Assembly (NCBI GenBank): GCA_051294905.1
Contig: CM119385.1
Location: 14,756,001-14,820,000 of the forward strand
DNA from: Botryllus schlosseri
Taxonomy: Eukaryota
DNA length: 64,000 nt
Direction of reading: 5' to 3'
Under the pieces are notes generated by a model, which saw only the letters and a program-made list of their open reading frames with translations, was not told where the DNA came from and searched no databases. Each line of letters begins with the position of its first letter. The stretch's first letter is position 1. Both the position numbers and the translations under genes were made by a program. This document shows positions 9,946 through 24,195 of this stretch, piece by piece.

Positions 9946-12784
9946 ATTAAAAGTCGTAGGTTTCATGGGGCAGCTATATTTAGCATTTACAGTTGGACCC
10001 TCTTCTCTGGAGGAAGAATAGGAGCACCTTTTGTAACAAGGTTGGACAATGGACATGGACATGGGCATGAATCGAAGCAGACGGAGCAATAAAATGGACT
10101 TCGCGCATCTGATATTGTTAATAGAGTTAATATTGGCTGTCATAAGTGGACGTAGATGCTATACAGATTTGAACATTCAAGTCTCGTGAATGAAAATTAT
10201 TGTACAATGGGGTCTCTTCCAGATGATATGCGGCCATCGGGAATTGTAGCTAAATAACCTCACAACATTAAGCCACACTGGAGACATGTGAATATAGATC
10301 TTACGACAGGCGGTTCGCTCGTGAGTCACGAGTGTACTTACACCGTTACACGTAACCTACCAGAGTAAATTAAAAACTCATTTGACGAGGTGGTCACCAC
10401 TGAGAATTGACATTTCTTCAATTTTGTTGTCCGAATGTAGCACACCTCTGGTATAGAGTATAATAAATAAATTATCAACTATCCCCTATACCCCTATCAC
10501 ACACAGTGGTAGACAATTGGATGTGCTATATCTTTGATGAATCAATTCCTGTATATTTTTGCAGTGCCTGACGTAGCCACACACGTGAACGGACTATTTT
10601 ATGATTTTGGCTTCCTTTCTATAATACTGTAGTTGAACTTTGGTTCGGACTGCATGTATTACGGCAACTGTTGACAATTTCCATTGTTGGATATAGCCAA
10701 AATCACGATATGCCCGCATGTCTTTCTCGCATTTTTTTTGTCGAGAATTACAAATAGGGAAAAAACGGTCCTGATCAATGAATGCATAATATCTCCATAC
10801 CGTCCACCATCGGTTGGAAGAATGTTATTATTCGAAACTGTATCAGCACAACACGTTTCGTGGACGACAGTATTTTGTTCACGTCCAAGCTCTGAACTCA
10901 CGAGGTCAACTTAGGTGCGTGTCACACTATTTATGAAATTAGGATTGTTGATTATACGAACCCTCGACCTATAACCATGGTAAAGTTGTCAATATAATGT
11001 AGCATCTAGGACAGCTAATCCAACAATGCTTCATGTAACACTTCTATATGTAGGATTACTCCACGGTATGAAAATGTGAACCTATTCTGTCGTAACCTGG
11101 CATGCGATGTTTTCAGTAACAGCGAATGGAAAATTGATAAACTTTAGTTTATCGAAATACGAATCATTCGAATAAAACAAGTTGTAGCCAAGATGCGATT
11201 GGCGTTTCTATCGTGGAATGATCACACTCATTTTTCTTGGAACGTCATGTGTTAATAACGCATCTGACCTTATTTTAGGCCGTGTTTACCTGCTTCCGTG
11301 TAAAACTGACACAAACTGCCCCGAGTATTAATCATTCAAGCAGCGATATCATTTACATGTAGACCATTTTCATTACACAAAGATCCTTAATTCAGACAGG
11401 CAATAAAAAGGCGTCAAGATACGCCATGTATCAGTCTCGTGCGTGGATCGGTAATCATAAATTAACGTATACGCAGACAGATATAAACACCCGGGAAAGA
11501 GTAGTTGCGCCTATATATTGTTTCTTTGTGTGGTGTTGATGGCACAAAATACAGCATCTATTCAACATATACAGAAGAGCATATCCTTGAGTCCTGGATT
11601 TTAGTAACCTCTCTTTACGAACATCGAAAATATTCGCACACACAAAGGTAAACAATGTGTCAACATTAGTTTATTTCATTTTCCGAGAATCGACCCCACA
11701 GAATTTCTAGAAATTCAACGCTGTGCAGTGTGCATACATCGTCAGTATTCCACACGTCTGCGTTGTCGATGTAGATTGCATTGCGCGGATTCATGCTGAC
11801 ATCCTAATTGTAATCCGTAATGTGCTAAGCTTTGATCAGTGTCTGTAGTCTGCCGTCGTCAATATTTTGGGTGCTGCTCCTTCCGCATACCATACTATAT
11901 TGCACGAGGTGGCCTTCAAATGACCATCAACGCCTGTCAATTACTGTACGCCAGCGACAAATTTACGGTGAATGATACAAATCCATCAAGAGAGAACAGT
12001 AATCAGGATAGCGGATTGGCTTTCGGAGTGTGGCATTCTCAGTCCGTTGGCGGCAACTTTTGGTACTTGATAAAAAGCTCAGTCTGCTAGTGTGATGGAT
12101 AACGACGTATTCGTGGAAACGGACGATTCAGGGTATGCTATAGCGCAGATTTCAAACGCCTGGACCATGCTATCACAATTTTAATCTGTATTGAAACGTT
12201 ATTGTATCACTTTGATACGGTATTTCAGAGTAATTAAGGTTTGGCAAAACCGATTCATTAAATGATTCCACACATGACATGAGAGAAGTCCTGGCGCTAT
12301 CGCGTCGTCAAATTACGGATAGATATGACTGATAAAATCTATCAATTGGATAAAGGTGGTATTGAAAAATGTTTTATGCGTCAATTGTGTTATTTGTTAC
12401 ATTGTATCGAATATGTTTTTGGCAAGGAAGTAAAATAAATGCAATCATGAAAAGTCGTGATCACATTTTACATGTAATTGTATAATCGCAATCGACTATT
12501 GCACTGCCTGCACTGGTACTCAACCTTTTTGACTTCGTGGCACCCCATAGCACGTTGAATACCCTGAATGCGTCATGTTTCTGTTCAGGATCCAGTTATC
12601 TACAGGACTACAACGTTATGCAACGTTTTTACGGTTGGCGGTCATCATCATCAGAACACCCGCATTCCATTGATCGATGTCTACTTGCAATAACTGTTGA
12701 ACCAACGACGATTTCGAGAGTTCCAGCGACTCCATATCGTATATGTCGACTATATTAGGTGCAAGTCGTCAGTAGGATCGTACT

Positions 12785-12929
12785 ACATGTTTTTCGAAAG
12801 TATTTAAACAATTATGGCATAATTATACAACGTTTGAAAAAAAATTTAAAGGCATTTCTTTATAACACTATTTAATAAATTTATCAAATGTAATTTTTTA
12901 AGATACCGTTTGTTTTAATTGCGACGCTA
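12785..12929. mobile_element. Partial inverted copy of the 6227-6617 MITE
   Basis: Aligns by eye to the reverse complement of 6227-6318 (AAAGTATTTA..AATTATGGCATAATT.TACAAC). Confidence 0.6.
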
Positions 12930-12947
12930 GACTGAGACTTTCCTCCC

Positions 12948-13110
12948 TACGTTGCTATGTTCACGGTGTATTTACAATAAAAAGACCCGATCAAAGATCA
13001 TTCCGGGGAAGAGGATGAAAAGAGCGAGAAAGCAGTGCCAGATTGAGAGACCATAACTGGTCGTTTCGTCGCATTGTATATCGTGGGTCTTGAGCAGTTA
13101 AAAATGATAA
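12948..13110 (+). repeat. Diverged copy of a dispersed ~280-bp repeat (possible solo LTR)
   Basis: Shares AAAGACCCGA with 31160-31440 and the reverse complement of 40038-40315, and GCCAGATT.AGAGACC..AACTGG with the 40-kb copy. Confidence 0.45.
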
Positions 13111-13540
13111 AACCGCCGATTATACTACCGATTCCCTAATTTCTGTTATACGTCGACGTGCTTACTATATTTTTTCGCGGCACCCATGAGCAACCCAATT
13201 GGCACTCTATCGTATGCCGCGGCACACCGTTTGAGAACCATTGGACTATTGCATTGTTGCAGTTATCGAACCATGTCTAGAGAATATGGAAAACTATTGG
13301 TACTATTGAGACTATGCAGGACTATTGATGCAACGACATCCGGGAAAATTAGCCAGTGTAAATTCAGAACAGATAGAGTCGAAATGACAAGGCATTCAAG
13401 ATAGCGATTAGGAGGAGGCAGTTCATTTATTTCTGTATCACTGCCGTGCTTCGACGATGGATGTGCGAAGGTCAAGTGTCAAAACAGTGAGTTAGTGCTA
13501 GAGCTACAGTTTGGGGTAAGTTATGGCTTGAATTTATATA

Positions 13541-13953
13541 TAGTTTCTTATACGTCCTCTTTTAAAAGGATTTGTCCTCTTTTTTTACTTTTTTGAAATT
13601 GTCCTCGGAGGACGCCCAAATGTCCTCTTTTTTGAGATTTTGTCCTCTTTTTTGAGAATTTTGGTTAAATATATGGCAAAATAGACTTAGATACAGTAAA
13701 GCAGCACTGAAGTAACGCTTCTGTCGGTATTTTGGGAGCTGGGCGGGAAAGTTGACCTTTTTTTTAGTCAATCACCTGATAATCTGAAAGAAAAACAGTA
13801 TTTTGAAGCTGAGCCAGAGAGTTCCTTTTTTCAGTCAACCGACCACGAAGTGGGAAAAATGTACCATTTTGTCAGGATTTTCCTCCGGTTTTGCAAGTCT
13901 GAAAATTTTGAAAAAGTGCCCTCTTTTTAGATTTCCAAAATATGGTAACCCTA
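13541..13953. mobile_element. MITE of the TAGGGTTACC family, degenerate left end
   Basis: Right end ATATGGTAACCCTA; internal TACGTCCTCTTTT and AAAGTGCCCTCTTTTTAGATTTCCAAAA shared with 56627-56961. No TSD seen. Confidence 0.65.
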
Positions 13954-15024
13954 GTGTCTATCAGTATGTATACATTGTACGTACAAGTATACTCGTACTC
14001 TATACAGTGCATACATACAGAGAGCTTGCTCGACCCTATATGCAGTCTAAAAGGCGATATGTAGCCTAACTCGAATCAAAAGACCGTCACGGATGGTGTA
14101 TATTGACTATACCAGCACTGGCAATGAGTGAAGGTAAGATGGGATTACTTGTTAGCTTAGTTATTTCCTTTTTAGAGCTATGACTGGGGCTGAACTAATA
14201 TATGGAATTGATTTTTCATTTGCTTGTGTCGAGACTTCCACCCCCCCCCCCTTCCGCCCACAGGTACATTGCGTACTTTAAACATTCGTTTTTTTTTCTG
14301 TTAAACAATATTCGGTACGTGTGAAGCGAATGACACATAAAGATTCGTTCGGAGTTCTTAGCACTGTGAACCCGATAGGTTGAGTTGTGATACATGCAAT
14401 ATGACAAGAAATAGAAAGTCATTCAAGTCGATTGTCGAAAAATAAATAGAAGCAATTGCGTTCAAAAATACGAGAAGCCATTCATGGGGTATTTACTACC
14501 GCACAACAGGCGAATTGCTTACATGCGGAAGTCAATTCTCCTCTGAGAATAGATTGCACTTGTGCCACACCCCCATTTGCAAAACGTTTTTATTCTCAAT
14601 TTTGACGTCAAATCACTCCCAATGGCGTCACATCGGATATTATACAAGAGATGCTATCGTGGAATCCGATTCCCATTATAATTAATGGTGATTACCAATA
14701 ATAACCACTAGATAGGGATGCTCCAATCGGTATATCTACCAATTGTTATGTTTACAGTCAGTATCCATTTCAATGACCTCAGTGTAAATGCGTTTAAGCC
14801 AGAAACTACATCGTAAACAACACATCCTGCAAAATGATAAATTAATACTGTAGTATCAAATGGGAGTACTTTGTGCGTGGATAAGAGTAAAACTACTCAT
14901 GTATTTCTAAGCGAGCATGTTGCTTTGGACGCTGGAATGCTGGGTATAAAAATCCGTAGTTCTCGAGCATGACTGATGAGCAGCTCAAAGCCGATCAAGC
15001 AGGAAAGTAAAAATATGAATTGGC

Positions 15025-15052
15025 TCAGGGCCTACTATATAGTAGGCCCTGA
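15025..15052. repeat. Perfect 28-bp palindrome
   Basis: TCAGGGCCTACTAT|ATAGTAGGCCCTGA. Confidence 0.9.
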
Positions 15053-16479
15053 TTGGCTATTGAAAAACTATTAGGGCTGCATGATTAGGCCCTACATGTT
15101 GCCTTATTAAGCCGTTGTTAAACACCAAGCCAAATCACAGATAATCCTGTATAAGCATAAGCATACATGAATTAGATATACTCTCGCATGTCCTGAAAAT
15201 GAATAGTTGTCGGGCTATTTGTCAAGCAGGGTTGCTTGAAGGACATCTATTATATCAACACAGCTACCAACTCCAAAAGAGTCGCAAAATAAATAGGCAT
15301 GAATGATCTATTCCGAGCCTTTATTGAGGTCACAGAGACACAAAGCCGATCTCGCGATGAAACATGAAGGAAAAGCTGAGGTGAAGTGTACACAAGGAGC
15401 GAGGACAGATTTTCACGTCATATCCTGTCAACAGAGGATTTATCCCGCACCACAATTGGAAGTCATTGTTATTACTTAAGTAAACTAACGACGCAAATTA
15501 TGAGTATGACCCGATATTGTCATCATATTGACATGTACCATCGTCAACGTGATATGGTGTGCAAACCTTACAGGACATTGCCGCAATTTTGCAACTATCT
15601 GCCACGTCAATAGCAAACATGTCATAGTCACACATTAATAGACTCAGTGTGACGGTTTGTATTGTCGTATTCCATTTGGATGTGTAGCGAACCCTGGACA
15701 AAACCGTTCAAACTCACGTATTCGTCGAACAATGCAGCGGTAAGATGTCAATCACTTGGATGTACTTCGATCTACGAAGCTGGTCATTCAGTGATCCCAA
15801 TTGTACCAACTGATGTGAATCGGAATTGTTTATAATGCACTGACGTCACGGGGAGTATTGAAACATGTGATATCGTGTAAGGGAGGAGAAATAGGCGGCC
15901 TTTAACGCCGTGGCAGCATTTACAAAGATGGTATCATTTTTGCAATGAAATATTCGAACAAGAAGTAAGCAAACCCATAATATTTTCCGTTGCGATGGCG
16001 CCGCGGTCTTGTGTTTCGTCCGATGTATGTCGACTCGAGATATCTTAGGAATTTCGGAAGGATGCAAAGATACGTGTAGCGTGTTGCTTATTGTCATACG
16101 TACGAATATCACGTATCTGAATTACATATGTACGGAATTTCGTGACGGTGTCTTATTGCCATAGGTACAGGCTGTCTGTATGTAACTGCACTTCTTAGTG
16201 ACCCGTAGTTATTCACGTGATACAAACAAGATTCCTAAGTTATGCCTAATTGCCGCCACGTTATCACCTGGCCACCGACCACACATCATACGTTCAACAG
16301 CGACCAAGGACTGTGCTATGTAATACGATATAATGCTATAATATCGAAGGATCTCACGCTAACGGAAATGAAACTGGTTATTTAGCGGCGGTCTGTATGA
16401 ACAGCTTACCAATTGGTTATTGAGCTTACTGTTTTCTTTCCTTTCGTAATCGCTCGAATGAAAATAAATCACATTTCAT

Positions 16480-17130
16480 GTCAATATGCATTTGGAGAAG
16501 GAGTATTTACTCAGCGAGGTTTTGGACCTCCGGAGTGAGGACACGGGCTATTGTCGCAACTATAAGTCATGTCCGCCGAATAAAGGTTGTGTTGGAATTC
16601 ATGATGGTCTACACACGATCAGAAACGGTTTTGCATTTACTACTACTTCCGACTCCTTTCATGCACAACAGGATGTTGAACAAAGCAAGAGATTCGCCAT
16701 TTTACCACAAGTATCCGGTATAGGTGTTTATCGGTCAAAAATATGCTAGCTTCTGATGATATCGACTTATTCGCTCATATTGAATACCAACAGTCCTTTT
16801 CGAAAACCGCACTGCTGAAAAATTTGAAAGATCTTATGCTGGTAGCCGTCATGCAGCTCAGCGTAACGCACAATAGAAACGTATCTAATCCTGAAATACG
16901 GAATTTAATATACTCTCTGGCGTATAGGCCTACTATACCCGCAGATTCATTGGCAAAACATGACAAGAGCCTTCAGGCTTTTATGTTCGGTTTCTTCCGA
17001 AGGTGAACTTTCAATAAATGGACAAAGAAAATTCATAGTAAAACAATTCAATGATTTTCTGTTTTACTATCAATAATAAACATGCTCTACGAACCCGTAA
17101 TATTGTGCATTTGCCGAGATTGCTCTATAT
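16480..17130 (+). mobile_element. Heavily decayed LINE ORF2 C-terminal region
   Basis: Across frames, RRIKVVLEFM (cf. KKANRVLGFL), HAQQDVEQSKRF (cf. ..QDIE.LE.VQRRF) and HALRTRN occur in the order expected for L2/CR1 ORF2 ends. Confidence 0.45.
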
Positions 17131-17664
17131 ATTATTTTGTCAGCTTTACATGACGAAGATATTTGGTCCAACAAAAGCAGCGGTCTCAAATTCATGGCCA
17201 AGAAATGCCAGAACAGTTCGTGGTGAAAATTTTGTCCTTCGCCTCACTATCGAATAACCCTCCATCCCAGCATCAAGGCCATGCTGACTGATGACTGTAA
17301 AATTATCTATGTGATATACGGCTGCATATATATTTCTTAGTTCTTCATGGTTTAAGGTACGCGTTATCCCCCATGCTTTTCCACGCCGCCAAATTTGGTT
17401 TTCATAGCGAGACGGTTGACCTGTATAACTATATATACCTGAACCTGGGCCCGTCTGCGCATTCATTCTCTCGTCGGCATTAAAACTGTTGAATTGTAAG
17501 TAGTTTGCATTCAAAACTACTTGTTCAATTTTGAAAAATTGATAAAACATACTAGACTACCTTGGAAAAGTAAAAGTACTTTGTTAGCTAACGATCCTTT
17601 TCTTAGCTAACGAGCCTTTTAGGGGGCTATAAGAATATGTCGAGCTCAATAAAGAGGTGCTAAG

Positions 17665-18647
17665 TAGGGATGGTGTGAACGTGAGGTTCACGTTCGCGTT
17701 CTGTGCGTGAACCTCGGAAATTTAGAGGTTCACGTTCACAAAAGAACCTTGGTAGGTTCTGGACTGTGAACCTTTTTCATATATTACAATTTATCACGTC
17801 CTTATAACATCTTTGGTTGAAATCTATTGCATTTCAGCTGCGGGTCACTCTCTGCATGGCGTTGGCAGCATAAAAAAATCAATACAAAACGAGCATGCAC
17901 CTTGACAATCGAAAAAAATACTTGCTTTGTTACAAAAGTTTGCTCCAAATATCCAGCTTTCCGTTTGTAAATGTGAACCGCAATCATACATCATCAAGAG
18001 CCGAATACGCAACATGTAGTTAGTCGGTAAATAATGCTTGAAATTGATAAAGCTGTCTAATGTGAAAAATCTAGAGGCGTACGGGATCCATCTTTATTTG
18101 ACATTTTTATTGCTTTATAAAAACCAAATCCGTGCGATTGGGATGTTGGCTACTGCTGTAGTGCTGTATAATTTGTTACTGGTGTAATATCGGTAGCAAG
18201 TATGGAAACCTGTTTTTACACGCTAATCAATATCAACGTAGCAATATGTAGTAACGTAGTATTACTCAGACACCGAATACATTGCCCGGTCTGACATAGA
18301 CCGTTAATGCGTAAGCTTATATTTTCTTGCAAGTCCTCGTGGAAATTGTTGGCAAAGCGACTGAAGATTTTGATTTTATGGGATTATTGTATCATTTGAT
18401 TGCCCCAGTTGATACATTTGGCGACGTCTAAAAAGTCAGTATGTACGTACTTCAGCATTGTGGCATAATATGGCTTGAGTCATCGCTAGAAAACGTGTAC
18501 ATTAATATACCACTGAAATGTAGGGTTGGTATTAGCAATATGATGTCACGTGACGTCCTGAGGTTCACGTTCGCGTTCACACAGAACCTTTCAAAAAGGT
18601 TCGCGTTCACACGAACCTGAACCTTTCAGAGGTTTGCACCATCCCTA
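17665..18647. mobile_element. hAT MITE (TAGGGATGGTG TIR), copy 1
   Basis: TIRs TAGGGATGGTGTGAAC / TTTGCACCATCCCTA; perfect TSD GTGCTAAG; subterminal GTGAAC/GTTCAC repeats. Confidence 0.95.
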
Positions 18648-20860
18648 GTGCTAAGTCAACAATGTTAGAGGACTACTGTTCATAAATCAATCAATCACGA
18701 ATGCCTCTTACATGGAATAACTGATGACTTATTACCATCAGAACTTATTTCGTTACATGCGCGAACTTTCCATTCCTTTCGGAAAATAAGTTGACGACCA
18801 CACTCAAGATACCAAGAAACCAGCTCGTGTGGAGACAGGTCTTAGCTTATAATCATGCAGAAAATGCGGAAAATGAATATCTATCTGTATGTTTTGGGAT
18901 TTAAAATGGGATTACATGTGGCGTTAGCAAAGGATAAATAAGTTTTATAAGACGCACCAGCCAACGACATCTCGCTGTTACTTGTGGATTGACACACCTT
19001 CTTGGTGGAATGCAATCTTATGGTCCTCTTCGTATGACCGATTTGTGAAAAACGAGATGCGAAACCACCATTTTACTGGTATTTTATCCGAATAGTCCAC
19101 ATCTACTAACAAATGAACATCTTGTTACAGCAAGAAATCGACAATAACTGTATACTGGTGACTCAATGCAATGTTTATAAATGGGTGCGATCATTGGTCA
19201 CCCACATGGACGACAAAGCGTTATCGACATATCGTGACATGCATATTGAACGAAATTGGTTCCTTGAGTTCGTATTCATTAACCAAACGCCCGGCATGAT
19301 GCGTAACATTGAAATCACTACTCAAATATACATTTCTCTGAATGTCAATCCATGCAACTACGGCATTTGGCACTAATAAATTGCTCGCGCACGTATAAAA
19401 ATCACAAAAGTATAATCACGTCTGGCCCCGTTCAACTGTGTCGCATATTCGGATTTGGAACGCTGTGAAGAAGTATACCGCTAAGCTGCGAAACAAAAAC
19501 AAGCAAGCTGAAAGTACTTTGAGTGTTACGGTTCTGCTCATTCTTTTCCACGCAGAAAGTGCTCTGTATTTCCTTCTATAGGGAAACACATATGTCATTA
19601 TCTCGTTTGAGCCTACCGGTAGGTATGTCGAAACTATAAGGCATTTAGATGCTGTCGCAAATTTACGCATGCAGAAAGAATTCTATGTGTATGCAAAATA
19701 TTTGTTTTGTTGTCAGAAATACCCCTGCGGTTAAAGTGCAGTGAAGCTTCAGGTCAATCTGCTCAGAATCGAATACCTTGTCTTGTAATTGATCGTTCTC
19801 GACTGCCGTAGCTTAGCCGTAACCAATGCTATATCTGCTTATTTTGTTCGCGGAATTTGTCCACGACGAGACAAAGTCGAGCAGACTGGCACTATGTCTT
19901 CTCAATAGACCAGGAAGTGTCAAACTATCATTTTGTCGCCAATTGAACTTGTTACATCTACCCTACGTCATTCAATAGACCAGACTGAGTTTTGGGACAT
20001 CGTACCGAGTAACACGGTAAATCATAAACACAGATACTTTGTTACAAACAGTCATCATTCATCAATCTTGGGATTTTATGATGAACCATACTGGATGTGC
20101 GTTCGATCACTTCCACAGTTGAACTTGTTCGCGAGCGACAAGTAAATTTATAAACATTCGAAACGCATTATATACAAATAGCGAAGATTCCTAGCTGTAC
20201 CATATAAAGCAAGTGAATTCGTGACCCTGAAGAATTAACACCGTATAAATATCCTCGTACCATGTGGAGTATGGTGAACATTGATGAGGTCACAAATTAC
20301 GCGTTGCTAATACTATGCGGTCTAGGTGGAAAAGGTTATTAATTCCGAAACCCGTGTAAGAAGTTCACATAAGAAGATGCACCTTTTTACTTAATGTCCA
20401 TCCGATGTCTCGACTATAGCAAGGAATGTTGGATCGTTAATTGCCAAGGTCTTGGTGATAATAAGTCGGTCGGGTGAGTCAGAAATGCCACACAGCCATT
20501 CTGGTCACTGTCCTCGCGCCTTCTGATACCAGTTTATGCACAAGTTCCAGAATGTGAATAAATTAGATGATTGGCACCGGAAATTAGGATAAAGACAATG
20601 CGTCACAAAGTTAATTTGACATCAAAATCTCAAAGGGATCACGCTGGCCCGTGAGGAGACCTCACACCGAGTCCAGTGTCCATTTCTAGCTTATTCCGTG
20701 CACCTTTGAAGACTATAGGAAAATTAGTCCCTTTCGCTCCATGTAAAACCATTTATGTTTTAAGCATCGATGCCCAGCTTTATCATCGATAGTGTGTAAG
20801 TTGAAAAAACTTACGGGATAGTGACCCTGGACAGCTACCCTATTTTTTATTTGATAGGAC

Positions 20861-21848
20861 TAGGGATGGTGTGAACCTCTGAAAGTTTCAGGTTCGTGTG
20901 AACGCGAACCTTTTTGAAAGGTTCTGTGTGAACACGAACGTGAACCTCATGACGTCACGTGACGTCATATTGCCAATTCCAACCTTATCTTTCAATGAAC
21001 TGGCCTATATTAATGTACACGATACCTAGCGACGACTCGGGCAACATTACGTCACAATGCTGAAGTGCATATTGGCGTTTTAAACGTTGCTAAATGTATC
21101 AACTGAGGCAATCAAATGATATGATACTCCCATAAAGTCAATATCTTCCGTCGCTTTGCCAACAATTTTGACGAGGACTTACCAAGGAATATAAGCTTAC
21201 GCCTTAACGGTCTAGGCCAGACCGGACAATGTATTCGGCGTCTGAGTATTGCTACATTGATATTGAGCAGAGTGTAAAACGGGTTTCTATATTTGCTACA
21301 GATATTTCCCCATTCACAAGTTATACAGCAGTAGCCAATACCTCAATCGCATGGATCTGGTTTTAATGATGCAGAAAAGGTATAAAGTCAAGATTGACCC
21401 CGTACGCCTGCTACATTTTTTGCATCCGAAAACGTTATCAATCACATTGATTGGTTGAATAAGCATCATTCGCTGACTACGTATTTCGCTTGTGATGTTG
21501 TGTGATTGCGGCTCAAGCTCACAGCAGAGAGTCACTAAATATCCACAAGCGGAAAGCTGGATATTTCGAGCAAACTTTTGTAACAAAGCAAGTGAAACTT
21601 TTGAGATTGTCAAGGTGCATGCTCGTTTAGTGTTGATTTTTAAAGCTGCCAGCGCCATGCATAGAGCGGCCCGCAGTTGAAATGTAATAAATTTGAACCA
21701 AAGATGTTATAATGAAGTGAAAATTGTAATATATGAAAAAGGTTCACAGTGCAGAACCTACCAAGGTTCTGTTGTGAACGTGAACCTCTAAATTTCCTAG
21801 GTTCACACACAGAACGCGAACGTGAACCTCACGTTCACACCATCCCTA
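20861..21848. mobile_element. hAT MITE (TAGGGATGGTG TIR), copy 2, inverted relative to copy 1
   Basis: TIRs TAGGGATGGTGTGAAC / GTTCACACCATCCCTA; perfect TSD GATAGGAC; internal sequence homologous to the reverse complement of 17665-18647. Confidence 0.95.
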
Positions 21849-21972
21849 GATAGGACCCAGCCAGAAGCGCTAGCAACGGAAATGACAGATCATTATCGCA
21901 ATATCATAACACCTGTTGAATACACGATCTTATACATATAGAAATAGCCGCCCCATACTAGTCCGCCCCCAA

Positions 21973-22230
21973 GATGACCGAACCACGACCTTACCTATCG
22001 ATCTCGCCTTCCATGGCATGCCACCCCATTGTTGCTTGCTTTTCTATAATATCTTTTTTACTTTTCATTTAGTGCGCAATGTGCATGCCTCATCTTTACA
22101 TCGCCAGCCAATAGTGAGTGTCTGATTTCAAAGACTATTTCAAGTCGCTTCGTCTCCTTCCTATCTTTTCATTGTATCGTAATTTTTGTAGTATATTGAA
22201 CTGATGAAAATTGCTAATAAACCGAACTAC
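21973..22230 (+). mobile_element. 3'-UTR-only copy of the L2/CR1 LINE at 7690-8945
   Basis: ACCACGACCT.ACCTATCGATCTCGCCTT...GTGCATGCCTC.TCTTTACATCGCC...AAGTCGCTT...TATTGAACTGATGAAA...AATAAACC shared with the reverse complement of 7690-7945. Confidence 0.85.
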
Positions 22231-22406
22231 TTACTGCCCATCAAACCGTGGAATTTCGTTCACAAATTGAACCAAATTCGCCGGTATTGAGAACTGTTTG
22301 GGCGGGCTGGACGTGGTCCTATATTTCAATTCAATCTGATTACTATAATTTCCAAGGGGTGTTTATAATAAGATGTTTAGATATATGCGGGCTATACGCT
22401 ATGTTG

Positions 22407-23380
22407 CAGTGTTGGGATAACTCGAGTCATGGCTTGACTCGAGTCAGACTCGAGTCACCTTTTTTGTAGGACTTGACTTGACTCGAGTCACTTTGCTAAA
22501 ATGACTTGACTTGACTTGACTCAGCGTATCAGAAATGTGGATTGACTCGTGACTCGGAGTAAAATTCACTAGTCAATTTCAAGTCATCAAGTAATCGGTG
22601 TCGATAAAAATCACTGTATCTTGCATGTTCGGATTGTTCGTCAAACGCTGGCGTAACCCGTGAGAGCGACCAATCATTCAATGACCGTGCGTTTTACTGA
22701 GCCTACATTATTCTGTCATAATATATTGACCACAAACGAAGCGATCGAAGCTCACAGCTTACGTTGTCGTAAACTAGTAGTAAAGTAGTTTAGTACCAAA
22801 ATATCTCTTTCTGTTCTCTGTTCTTACCTTATCCGAACCTTTTGTATTATTTTGAAATTGAAATCGAATATAGTTTATATACTCCTCAACCATTGGCGCA
22901 TACTCGAATTGTATCATATCAATATGTTTAAATGGGTAATGTATTGCATCTTATCAATTCGTTTCTTTATTCTTTATTTTGGCTGGTATCTATAAACTGA
23001 GGCTATGAAATTACTTACGCAGTTTAACAGTTCTACGTATATGTAAGCGACACAGCCCCTTATTGCATGTACATTTAACTCGATATTTGTTCGTCGGTTC
23101 AGAATCAATGACTAATCAATCGGCATTTCAGATAGCTGGCGAAATGTAATGACGTAACCATGCTTCATACTTCGAAAAGGCCACTTGACTTGAATTTTGA
23201 CTTGACTCGTGACTTGACTTGACTTAACTCGACTTGACTCGAGTCACCTTCAAAAATCGAGTGACTTGACTTGACTCGAGTCACCTTCGAAAATCGATTG
23301 ACTTGACTTGACTCGAGTCAAAATATACAATGACTAGAAATGACTCGTGACTCGAAGGTAGTGACTTGATCTCAACACTG
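22407..23380. mobile_element. hAT MITE with GACTCGAGTC/GACTT subterminal repeats
   Basis: TIRs CAGTGTTGGGAT / ATCTCAACACTG; perfect TSD CTATGTTG. Confidence 0.95.
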
Positions 23381-24195
23381 CTATGTTGTCTATTTCGCGA
23401 TATCAAGCAGCGGTGTAAAATCGTAGTCACTGGGTGAAATAAGACGACTGTCAATATCCAATGCTATAAAAATGGCAATGGTTGCACGAAATAAACTATT
23501 CGAAAGGCGAAGAAGTCCGAATTCGTTATCGACTGCAATGAAAACAACAGGCATGGAAATATCCCTGAATATATGTTTTGGTACTGGTAATGGGTAATAG
23601 GTAAACAAAACCGTTCATTGATCGTTTGCGCAAAAGGCACAAATGCGATTCAAGCGAGAGATTATCCTGTTCTTTCTTCCCGATTGTTCTCTCGCAATTG
23701 GTCATAAAAGAGACCGCGCTGCCACGATATGTCACTAAGGACTGAGGAGGTTTGGATTCCAGATAGGGACACCGTCGTTGTTTTGCGCCGGCACCGATTC
23801 GCAGTAACGTCTCGTGTGAGACAGCTTATTGATCATCCAATCCTTACAATTTATTTCCTGAATGCTTACGCACGCCTTATTTTACATGTACGTCAGGGTA
23901 CGTACCGGTTTGTTTGCTACGTTCGAATGCGTTGCATCGTAAAAACTGTGATCTATTAATAACTCCATTGCACTCAAATACTTTCCGTATCTTTGCGAGA
24001 CAAAATGCAAGCCGCGCAATCGGTGACATGACATGAGCAATCCACGCGCTCTCGCGTGAGCACGATGTAGCTCAGCAAACGTTTGAAGATAGTTACGGAT
24101 AACACGTGTATTTTATATGAAGTGTTTATTTTTTGCAGATATATCCAAACGCAGATAACGGTTTGGGGCGACCGAAATAGTATCGTGTAGCGATA

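Noticed and set aside
17665-21848. Two inverted MITE copies as ends of a composite transposon
   Set aside because: Each copy has its own, different perfect TSD (GTGCTAAG and GATAGGAC), so they are independent insertions.
22420-23370. GACTCGAGTC/GACTTGACTT arrays (also 41720-41880) resembling CRISPR repeats
   Set aside because: No regular unique spacers and no cas genes; they are subterminal repeats inside TIR- and TSD-bounded MITEs in eukaryotic DNA.
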